The notes beneath the pieces are model-generated. The model made no database searches, was not told the origin of the DNA, and was given only the letters and a program-made list of their open reading frames with translations. A stretch of 25,575 bases of DNA from the IMG/VR virus record IMGVR_UViG_3300017913_001923, positions 1 through 25,575 of that record. The stretch is one strand, 5' to 3'. Shown in pieces: positions 1 to 7,569 of this stretch. The position numbers were made by a program, and so were the translations under genes. Source of the stretch: a virus. Taxonomy: Duplodnaviria > Caudoviricetes. Position 1 is the stretch's first letter. The number at the start of each line of letters is the position of its first letter.

Positions 1-1
1 G

Positions 2-379
2 CCTGGTGACAAAGTTCCAGATCTATTTGCTAAGTTAAATGACAAAGACAAGATGCTCTTGGTTATCGGTAATGCATCAATGGGTGGACCAATTCATTAC
101 ATGTATATTGGACCAATGGATGTTAGACAACAGTTTAATTCCTCGAATGCAACTCTTACATTGAATGGTAATATCATTGACGCAAAGAAGTATGCAAACG
201 ATCACGATTTGTATTTTAGATTGAGAGCAAGACGTGAGGATCAGACATTTGATCCAACTGCAAAAGACAGAGCAGGGATTCCAACTGTGTATGGTAAATC
301 CCCATCTCGTGGTGATGCAAAAGGCAGAATTGTTATCACTGATAAAGTACCTCGCACTAGGGAGATAATTACTTTCTGA
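2..379 (+). CDS. Hypothetical protein, 5'-truncated by the window edge
   Basis: Frame is open from position 2 (PGDKVPDLFAKLNDKDKMLLVIG...). TGA at 377-379 overlaps the next ATG (TGATG). Confidence 0.8.
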   Translation, partial: PGDKVPDLFAKLNDKDKMLLVIGNASMGGPIHYMYIGPMDVRQQFNSSNATLTLNGNIIDAKKYANDHDLYFRLRARREDQTFDPTAKDRAGIPTVYGKSPSRGDAKGRIVITDKVPRTREIITF

Positions 380-1605
380 TGTCTTTTAGAGATTATATTA
401 CTGAACAGAAGAACACTCACATGACACACATTGAGGACAAAGTCCTGTATGGTGGTGTCAAAGGTACACGTGAAGCAATCTTGGCTTTACGATCATTGAG
501 AGATACTTTAGGAGGTGTACATGATGGAAATGTTAGTGTTAAGTGGGACGGTGCTCCTGCTATCTTTGCTGGGACTGATCCTCGTGATGGCAGATTCTTC
601 GTGGCGAAAAAAGGGATCTTTAACAAGTCTCCCAAAGTATACAAGAGTGATGCTGACATTGATGCTGATACTTCTGGCGATCTTAATACAAAGCTCAAAC
701 AAGCTCTACAACATCTTCCTGCTCTGGGTATAAAAGGTGTCGTGCAAGGAGACTTCTTATATGGGCCAGGTGATGTCAAAACTCAAAGAATTAAAGGTAA
801 GACTTATATTACGTTCCATCCCAATACAATTGTTTATGCAGTACCGGCTGGGACGGAAATGGCCAAGCAAATTAAGGCAGCAAAAATTGGAATTGTATGG
901 CATACGAGCTACTCAGGACGATCATTCGAAACAATGAGAGCTTCTTATGGTGTGGATGTTACAAAGTTTAGACCGTCTCGGGCAGTGTGGTCGCAAGATG
1001 CAATGCTAAGAGATTTAACCAAGTTCACTATGTCACAGGAGGAAACAGAAATTGTTAACGAATATCTTAAAACCGCTGGTTACATTTTTAACCGCATTGC
1101 GGGATCGACTCTCAGACAGCTTGAGAATAATCAAGCTCTTGCCCAACATATCGAAACACATGGCAACACTTATGTCAGAGCTGGCCAAGTACCCCCGGAT
1201 CCTTCTCGACGGGTTGAAAGCCTTATTAAGTGGATTACTGCAAAGTATCAAAAAGAAATTGACTCACGCAAAACAGAGCGTGGCAAAACTGCTCAGCAAA
1301 AAAAGCTAGATGAACTTTTAGCTTTCTTTTCAAAAGAAAATAAAGAATCACTCGTACAGATGTTTGAATTACAGAGAGTGATTGTGTTGGCGAAGTTAAA
1401 ACTTATAAATATACTAAACAAATGAAATAGCCTTGACACATTCTTAAAAACTACAAAAGGCTATAAGGTTACAGGCCAAGAAGGTTATGTTGCAATTGAT
1501 AGGCTTGGTGGTGATGCGGTTAAGATTGTTGATCGAATGGAATTTTCATTTGCCAACTTTAGCCCGACAGTATTAAAAGGATGGGATAAACCAGGGAGAG
1601 GTTAA
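379..1605 (+). CDS. RNA-ligase-like covalent nucleotidyltransferase (recalled as DUF6267 family), interrupted by one in-frame TGA at 1423-1425
   Basis: Motif I KWDG (541-552) and a motif III-like VQGDFLY. After the TGA the same frame continues NSLDTFLKTTKGYKVTGQEGYVAIDRLGGDAVKIVDRMEFSFANF...RG, with motif IV-like EGYV (1480-1491) and motif V-like VKIV. It ends at TAA 1603-1605, which overlaps the next ATG. Confidence 0.8.
1404..1411 (+). promoter_or_regulatory. T4-type late promoter TATAAATA (intragenic)
   Basis: Exact match to the T4 gp55 late promoter consensus, about 200 nt upstream of ORF 1605. It lies inside a CDS, so it could be a chance match. Confidence 0.45.
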
Positions 1606-2060
1606 TGGCTTTATTGTCATTCAAAGATATGATGGTAGTTCAGTATCGTCCAGGAGAGGACGAGCTCACTAACTATCGTGCTAAGCGTCGTAAAAACGGA
1701 GCCATGTATGAAACATCAGAAACTGAATCTGATGTTGATGAGGCTCTGAATCTTCAACAGCGAATGAGACGTTCGCGTATGATGAAGAAGATGAAGTCGC
1801 GTATCAAGATTGGCCGTGATCGTGCAAAGCGTAAGATGGCTGATAAGAAGAAACTTGAGAAGCGAGCAATGAGACAAGCTCGTGATAAAGTAGTTCGTAA
1901 AATCACCAAAGATATCCCTAAGTCCGAACTGTCATTTGCTCGTAAACAAGAAATTGAAAAGAGGATGGACAAGCCTCAGTTTAAGGCTCGCATTAAGAGA
2001 CTTGCTAGAAGAATGTTCCCATCGATTCGTAAAGCAGAAGTACAGAGGAAAAAAGGTTGA
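1605..2060 (+). CDS. Highly basic (Arg/Lys-rich) hypothetical phage protein, possible internal head protein
   Basis: 151 aa ORF with SD GGGAGAGG upstream, coupled to both neighbours. Very basic helical region after DVDE|ALN. Confidence 0.8.
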   Translation: MALLSFKDMMVVQYRPGEDELTNYRAKRRKNGAMYETSETESDVDEALNLQQRMRRSRMMKKMKSRIKIGRDRAKRKMADKKKLEKRAMRQARDKVVRKITKDIPKSELSFARKQEIEKRMDKPQFKARIKRLARRMFPSIRKAEVQRKKG

Positions 2061-3250
2061 TCAATTCCTTTAAGAGTTACCTAGTTGAAGAAACCAAGCT
2101 GGTTTATTTTACTTTTGGTAGAATGAACCCGCCTACCATTGGCCATGAAAAACTCTTAACAAAACTTGCTGCTAATGCAAGACAAAATCCATATAGAGTT
2201 TACTTGTCCCAATCGCAGGACCAGCAAAAGAATCCACTACAGTATAGAGAAAAAGTTAAGATCGCTCGCAAGATGTTTCCAAAGCACGCGAGACAGATTG
2301 TTATGGATCCTAAGATCAAAAACGTATTTGATGTTTTGGTTAAGTTATATAACGAAGGATTCAAAAGAGCTGTAATGGTTGTTGGATCTGATCGTGTTAG
2401 AGAATTTGATATTCTTCTTAACAAATATAATGGCCAAAAGGGCAAGCACGGCTTCTACAACTTTGAAAGAATCCAAACTATCTCAGCTGGTGAAAGAGAT
2501 CCAGATGCTGATGGTGCAGAAGGTATGTCAGCATCCAAGATGAGAGCAGCTGCTAGTGATAATGACTTCACTGCATTCTCACAAGGCTTACCAAAAGCAA
2601 TTTCTAATGCTGATGCTAAATCAATCTATAATGCTGTCCGCAAAGGGATGGGTCTGAAAGAACAAAAGGTCTTTAAGAACCACGTTCAATTACAACCTGT
2701 ATCTGAGACTAGAGAAGCATATGTTGATGGTACATTGTTCAATGTTGGAGATCAAGTTGTGATCAAAGAAACAGATGAAGTTGCTGTTGTTAAGATGCTC
2801 GGTGCTAACTATGTTCTTGTTGAAAGTGGTGGTAGGAGTTATCGCAAATGGCTCAGTGCTGTTGAGAAGATTGAAGAAGTAAAACAAGATTCAGACATTG
2901 CAGATCGTAAAGGCACACAGCCAGCAAAGTACCATACAGGTCTTTCAAAGTCAACAAAAGCTGCTCGTGATAGACAATTCAAGAAACAAACAAAGATGGC
3001 TGATAATAATCCTGCAGCTTATAAACCAGCTCCTGGTGACAAAGACGCTGAAACAAAGCCAAGTAAATATACAAAGAAATTTAAACAAATGTATGGCGAA
3101 GACATGGCTCAAAAAGCTACAAAGAAAGCCATTGATAGAGAAAAAGAACGTGATGCAATTAAACACGATCGTATGATGGATCGTGCACGTACAAGAGATA
3201 CAATGAACAAGAACAGAGAGACGAAAGCCAATGCCCCTAAGATTCGTTGA
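2057..3250 (+). CDS. HxGH-family cytidylyltransferase-like nucleotidyltransferase with a basic C-terminal extension
   Basis: FTFGRMNPPTIGHEKLL (HIGH-like motif), VVGSDR and MSASKMR (KMSKS-like motif). TTG start overlaps the upstream TGA. Confidence 0.85.
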   Translation: MINSFKSYLVEETKLVYFTFGRMNPPTIGHEKLLTKLAANARQNPYRVYLSQSQDQQKNPLQYREKVKIARKMFPKHARQIVMDPKIKNVFDVLVKLYNEGFKRAVMVVGSDRVREFDILLNKYNGQKGKHGFYNFERIQTISAGERDPDADGAEGMSASKMRAAASDNDFTAFSQGLPKAISNADAKSIYNAVRKGMGLKEQKVFKNHVQLQPVSETREAYVDGTLFNVGDQVVIKETDEVAVVKMLGANYVLVESGGRSYRKWLSAVEKIEEVKQDSDIADRKGTQPAKYHTGLSKSTKAARDRQFKKQTKMADNNPAAYKPAPGDKDAETKPSKYTKKFKQMYGEDMAQKATKKAIDREKERDAIKHDRMMDRARTRDTMNKNRETKANAPKIR

Positions 3251-3470
3251 ATACATTAAAGAAGATGCTGGCAAGTCATTAGCAGATAAATCTAAGAAGT
3301 CTGGTATCTCTGTTGGTACATTAAGAAAAGTTTACAATAGAGGAGTTGCAGCTTGGAAGACTGGCCATCGACCAGGTACTACTCCATCCCAGTGGGGACA
3401 CGCAAGAGTTAATGCATTTATTGTTAAAAAGAAAAAGGGTGGCCTCAACCACGATAAGGATTTAGCATAA
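3231..3470 (+). CDS. Small basic conserved viral protein (recalled as DUF5824-like)
   Basis: SGISVGTLRKVYNRGVAAWKTGHRPG..QWGHARVNAF signature; TAATG coupling to the next gene. Confidence 0.75.
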   Translation: MPLRFVEYIKEDAGKSLADKSKKSGISVGTLRKVYNRGVAAWKTGHRPGTTPSQWGHARVNAFIVKKKKGGLNHDKDLA

Positions 3471-4777
3471 TGCCGTTAAAAGTATCAGATGGAATCGGTG
3501 CATGGATTGACGACTTTAAAAAGTCGGACGCGCCACAGTTTAAAGGTAAGTCAGAAAAAGAACGTCGCGAGATGGGCATTGCAGCATATCTGTCTGCAAA
3601 GAAAGGTCCTAAGGACGAGGCTGTAAAGTCAGCTGACAAGAAGCCAGAAGTGTATACTAAGCCAGATGGTAAGCGTGGTGTACGAATGGTTGCAACTGAT
3701 AAAGAAGTTGTAACCAAAGAAGATTCTGATGCAGTAAAAGCATTCTTAGCTAAAGGTGGTAAGATTAAGAAGCTCCCACCAGGCAAGGCTGCTGGCTATC
3801 ATGGTAAGGACGATCCTGGCAAAGATGTTAGAGGTGTCATGGATAAGCCTGACACAGATAGATTCTCAACTCGTAAGAAAGTCAAGTCTATGGAATCTGC
3901 TGAAGGCCACTTTATGTATAAAGATGGTAAGAAAGTTATGGTTAAAACAAAAGCTGACCATGACAAATATGCTAAGATGGGATACACCATGAATGAGAAG
4001 CATATGAAGACTGATCCAAAGTTGAAGAACCTTAAAGTTCCAAATGAGAAGGATCCGTCTCCTTTCCAGAAGTATATGAAGATTCGTAAGAATAGACAAA
4101 CCAACGAAGTGTCGGCTGATAAACTTTCAAGTTACATTCAAAAGGCCTCAGATGCAACTAAGCACAGAGGTATGCCTACTCGTAAAGTAGATAACAGATA
4201 TAGTGGTGTCGCAAAAGCTCAAGATAAGTTAGCTAAGTCTGGAATGATGGGTACAACTGCTCAGAAAGTTTCTAGAGCTAGAGTTGGTGCTTCTATGAAA
4301 GAAGATACTAACTTTGAAGTCAACATCGATGGTCTTCCAATGATGTTTATGTCTGGTTCGAGCCCAGGAGAGATCAAAGCAAAGCTCCGTGGTATTGTAA
4401 AACAGCCATCAATGATTACTGGTGTTAAGAGAGTCACTGACGCAACTGTTAGAAAGACTTTCAGACTGAAGGCTCAGGGTAAAGATGAAGAAGAGACAAA
4501 CGAGAACTACAAGTATGATTATGGTTCTCCGCAAGCTACTAAGTTAGCTAAAAAGATGACCCCTGGTCAGAACGAAGCTAAAGATCCTAATGAGTATGAT
4601 AAAGAAGGCGCAATGATGAAGTCGCAACTTCGTCAAATTTGTTCTGCAAACGAATCTCTGATGAAGATGGTTAAAGATGATGACAACTTACCAGAGTGGG
4701 TTCAATCAAAAGTAACTAAAGCTACAGACTACATGCGTTCTGTTCGTGATTATCTACAAAGTGAAAAAGATGCTTAA
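3470..4777 (+). CDS. Lys-rich mosaic hypothetical protein, possible processed internal head protein
   Basis: 435 aa ORF made of unrelated short modules; C-terminal module EYDKEGAMMKSQL...LPEWVQSKVTKATDYM. Confidence 0.8.
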   Translation: MPLKVSDGIGAWIDDFKKSDAPQFKGKSEKERREMGIAAYLSAKKGPKDEAVKSADKKPEVYTKPDGKRGVRMVATDKEVVTKEDSDAVKAFLAKGGKIKKLPPGKAAGYHGKDDPGKDVRGVMDKPDTDRFSTRKKVKSMESAEGHFMYKDGKKVMVKTKADHDKYAKMGYTMNEKHMKTDPKLKNLKVPNEKDPSPFQKYMKIRKNRQTNEVSADKLSSYIQKASDATKHRGMPTRKVDNRYSGVAKAQDKLAKSGMMGTTAQKVSRARVGASMKEDTNFEVNIDGLPMMFMSGSSPGEIKAKLRGIVKQPSMITGVKRVTDATVRKTFRLKAQGKDEEETNENYKYDYGSPQATKLAKKMTPGQNEAKDPNEYDKEGAMMKSQLRQICSANESLMKMVKDDDNLPEWVQSKVTKATDYMRSVRDYLQSEKDA

Positions 4778-5048
4778 ATTTAGTACATTCTTCGAAGACA
4801 TGTCTGGTATGTCAGTTAAGTCTGGCCACAAGAGATCTGTAGCTCAAGGTGCAGGCATGACTAAGAAGGGTGTTGCTGCGTATAGAAGACGTAACCCCGG
4901 TAGTAAGTTAAAGACTGCTGTAACGACCCCTCCCAGCAAGCTCAAGCCTGGTAGCAAGGCTGCAAAGAGAAGAAAGGCATTCTGTTCTCGTTCTAGAAGT
5001 TGGACGAGCGAGCGTGGTAAAGCAGCTCGCAGAAGATGGAATTGCTAA
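4770..5048 (+). CDS. Small basic protein (recalled as DUF6321-like)
   Basis: ATG 4770 gives MLKFSTFFED...GAGMTKKGVAAYRRRNPGSKLKTAVT...RRKAFCSR...RRRWNC. Preferred over the track's GTG at 4746. Confidence 0.75.
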   Translation: MLKFSTFFEDMSGMSVKSGHKRSVAQGAGMTKKGVAAYRRRNPGSKLKTAVTTPPSKLKPGSKAAKRRKAFCSRSRSWTSERGKAARRRWNC

Positions 5049-5071
5049 TCTAAAAAACCACTACTAATCGT

Positions 5072-5079
5072 TATAAATA
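5072..5079 (+). promoter_or_regulatory. T4-type late promoter TATAAATA
   Basis: Exact consensus in the intergenic gap, upstream of SD AAAGGA (5106-5111) and ATG 5121. Confidence 0.8.
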
Positions 5080-5120
5080 TAGTTGTGGGTTGGAAACCTA
5101 TAACTAAAGGAAAACCATTG

Positions 5121-5678
5121 ATGCAACGCATATTAATGGTTGTCGTACTTATTATGTTTGGCGTGACATCGGCAGCCGCTCAAACAACATCTAACGTAAA
5201 TACTAATACGGAATCTAACTCAACCGTCAACACTGACGCTGAGTCTAGAACTATTGTTATCTCACCACCACCTAGTGCAATCTCCCCAGGTGTTGGTTCC
5301 TCATCATCCGACCTGTGTCTTTCTGGCGTGTCGGGTGCTGTGCAGACTCAAATCCTCGGTATCTCTACCGGTGAAATGGTTCGTGATGAAAATTGTGAGA
5401 GATTAAAAATATCAAAGACATTATATGATATGGGCATGAAAGTTGCCGCTGTGTCTGTTCTTTGTCAAGACAGACGTGTATATGATGCAATGGAGATGGC
5501 AGGAACACCCTGTCCTTATCTTGGAAAAATTGGTGACCAGGCGACAGACGAATGGAAAGCCAATCCAGACCGGATCCCTCCGGCCGAGAAGATAAAGGAT
5601 AGCGATGATGTTCAAAAACGCAATGGCACGGTTGCTGCTGGCATTGGCGGTCTTGCTTTGCTACTCCTCTTACTCTAA
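5121..5678 (+). CDS. Secreted/membrane-anchored Cys-containing protein
   Basis: Sec-type signal MQRILMVVVLIMFGVTSAAA|Q, Ser/Thr/Asn-rich linker, PPPSAISP, 4 Cys, hydrophobic C-terminus GIGGLALLLLLL. SD supports ATG 5121. Confidence 0.8.
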   Translation: MQRILMVVVLIMFGVTSAAAQTTSNVNTNTESNSTVNTDAESRTIVISPPPSAISPGVGSSSSDLCLSGVSGAVQTQILGISTGEMVRDENCERLKISKTLYDMGMKVAAVSVLCQDRRVYDAMEMAGTPCPYLGKIGDQATDEWKANPDRIPPAEKIKDSDDVQKRNGTVAAGIGGLALLLLLL

Positions 5679-7569
5679 CGCCCAGAACGCTACAACCTGT
5701 GTATCTTCAACGGATGGAACAACTAATCCGCTGACAGGTACACAGTGTCTTGATCCTACCGATAATACAATCAAAAACATTTTAGACCAAGGCGACTTTG
5801 GTACAGGTCGGCACAGCACAGGTAGTTCACACAACCAACAATACAACATGCACACTGGCAGTACTATGACGACCGATTATATTCTGCACTTTTCACACAC
5901 TAATGATACGTGGGTGACAAACATGGCTATCAACCAAGCACTCATAGGCGCAGGGTTTGATATTGGCGGTTATGTTGCTGAGTGGGAATGGAAAAACGAA
6001 AACACCAATACTATTAACGGTGCTTGTCTGGCACAAAAAGTGAACGGTGAATGTTTAGATAATCTAATAATTACTGTTGATGTTTTTGCAAGTGGTATAA
6101 ACATCTATAGCGAAGAGTGGGATTATAGCCAGACCAAATCAAATGGTTGGACTGTTGAAGATGTGTTGAGCTTTTCTCCAGTAGCATTGGTTCCTGGTGT
6201 CACCATTGACGAGATTGAAGTTACTATCAGTGGTGTAGACAATGGTTATTGGCGAGGAATGTATGGCCCTAAAGTACAAAATCTTAGTGGGGGATTGATT
6301 CTTATGCCAGACCAGTGTACCCTGAATGGTGCATTATCTGATCCATCTTGTCCAGGATATGCCAACGCGTTGTTCAATCAACAATGTACATCTAATCCGT
6401 TATTTGATCCATCTTGTCCAGGATACGCTGCAGCTTACTTAACACAACAATGTAATCAAAATCAACTGTATGATGCATCATGTCCAGGATATGCTGCAGC
6501 TTATTATAACCAACAGTGTAACTTGGATCCACTATATGATGCTGGTTGTCCTGGCTATCAGACAGCATACTATAACCAACAATGTACAAACGATCCATTA
6601 TCAGATCCAGGCTGTCCAGATTACTATGTAGCACAATGCGAAAAGGATCCACTGTATGATATGGGGTGTGTTGGATACGACACAGCTTACTTTAATCAAC
6701 AGTGTGAGTTTGATGCTCAGTATGACACAATGTGTCCTGGCTATGTTGACTTTTCTGGTAACGATGATGTAATAACTATATTGGATCCTGTCATTGATGA
6801 TGTGGTTAATGTTGAAGTTGAATCAGAATATTTTGAAGTAGAAATACCAGTATTCGAATTTAAATATGAAGAAGAAATTATAGAAGTAGAACCAGACATG
6901 GGAACATTCGAAGACGATTTTCTCAAGCTGGAAGATGATATCGAAAAAGAAATAGCCAAGCTAGAAAACGAGGAGGCTCAGTCCACAGACGGTGAGTTAA
7001 ACATAGAAGACGACATTGAAGCAGAGATTGCTAAGATAGAAGACACTACGACCGACAAAGACTTTGAAGACCCTACACTTGCTTCTGGCGAAGAGAATAT
7101 GGAGGAGGACATTGAAAAGGAAATCGCAGAGTTGGAGTCAGAGGCATCAACCGAGGAACGGGACAAGGAGCAAGTGGAATCGGATGGAGTACAGGAGCCC
7201 AGTGATAATGCTGGGTCCGACACATTGGAGCGACCTAATAGAAAAGACAGTAAACGGGAAGTCGTACAAAACAAGAGTACTACATCTCGACGAGACAAAA
7301 TGCGAATGCTCATCGCGGCCAAGGCAGTTGAAGCAACTAAAGAGCTCGAAAGAGCAGTAACACTTGAACAGCAGATGGACATTCAACGTAGACTGTTAGC
7401 TTTAATTAGTTTTGTTCCAGACTTCTCTGATCAGTATACAAAAGAGCCTAAGATTAATCAAGTTAACTTTTATCCGCCAAAGCCCACAGTAGACCATGCA
7501 TATGCGAGATGGTTCTTAAATGATCCAACATTTGGAGCTATGGAAGATCTTCAGTATAGGAGGAACTGA
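5605..7569 (+). CDS. Large secreted protein with Cys-pair repeats and an acidic region
   Basis: Signal peptide RLLLALAVLLCYSSYSNA|Q, beta-rich N-domain, 7 Cys repeats, very acidic stretch, helical C-terminus. Confidence 0.85.
   Translation: MMFKNAMARLLLALAVLLCYSSYSNAQNATTCVSSTDGTTNPLTGTQCLDPTDNTIKNILDQGDFGTGRHSTGSSHNQQYNMHTGSTMTTDYILHFSHTNDTWVTNMAINQALIGAGFDIGGYVAEWEWKNENTNTINGACLAQKVNGECLDNLIITVDVFASGINIYSEEWDYSQTKSNGWTVEDVLSFSPVALVPGVTIDEIEVTISGVDNGYWRGMYGPKVQNLSGGLILMPDQCTLNGALSDPSCPGYANALFNQQCTSNPLFDPSCPGYAAAYLTQQCNQNQLYDASCPGYAAAYYNQQCNLDPLYDAGCPGYQTAYYNQQCTNDPLSDPGCPDYYVAQCEKDPLYDMGCVGYDTAYFNQQCEFDAQYDTMCPGYVDFSGNDDVITILDPVIDDVVNVEVESEYFEVEIPVFEFKYEEEIIEVEPDMGTFEDDFLKLEDDIEKEIAKLENEEAQSTDGELNIEDDIEAEIAKIEDTTTDKDFEDPTLASGEENMEEDIEKEIAELESEASTEERDKEQVESDGVQEPSDNAGSDTLERPNRKDSKREVVQNKSTTSRRDKMRMLIAAKAVEATKELERAVTLEQQMDIQRRLLALISFVPDFSDQYTKEPKINQVNFYPPKPTVDHAYARWFLNDPTFGAMEDLQYRRN
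6310..6744 (+). repeat. Seven intragenic ~22-aa tandem repeats, consensus QQC-x2-[DN]PLYD-x-[SG]CPGY-x2-AY
   Basis: DQCTLNGALSDPSCPGY / QQCTSNPLFDPSCPGY / QQCNQNQLYDASCPGY / QQCNLDPLYDAGCPGY / QQCTNDPLSDPGCPDY / AQCEKDPLYDMGCVGY / QQCEFDAQYDTMCPGY. The DNA segment gatccatcttgtccaggata recurs. Confidence 0.95.
6931..7137 (+). repeat. Three acidic amphipathic repeats E[DE]DIE[KA]EIA[KE][LI]E
   Basis: EDDIEKEIAKLE, EDDIEAEIAKIE and EEDIEKEIAELE in the 654-aa protein. Confidence 0.85.

Noticed and set aside
1422-1430. Mini-ORF ATG AAA TAG overlapping the internal TGA
   Set aside because: Two codons, no SD; probably a coincidence of the same base.
1423-1464. Selenocysteine codon with SECIS element
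   Set aside because: The position is in a non-catalytic helical context (ILNK*NSLD) with no Cys-type motif, and the hairpin has a large 22-nt loop unlike a bacterial SECIS.
5605-5670. Lipoprotein (o-spanin-like) signal in the 654-aa protein
   Set aside because: AVLLC is not a canonical lipobox; an SPI-type S-N-A cleavage site fits better.
6310-6744. CRISPR-like or DGR-like repeat array
   Set aside because: The repeats are in-frame, degenerate at synonymous positions and encode a protein repeat; no cas or reverse transcriptase gene is nearby.
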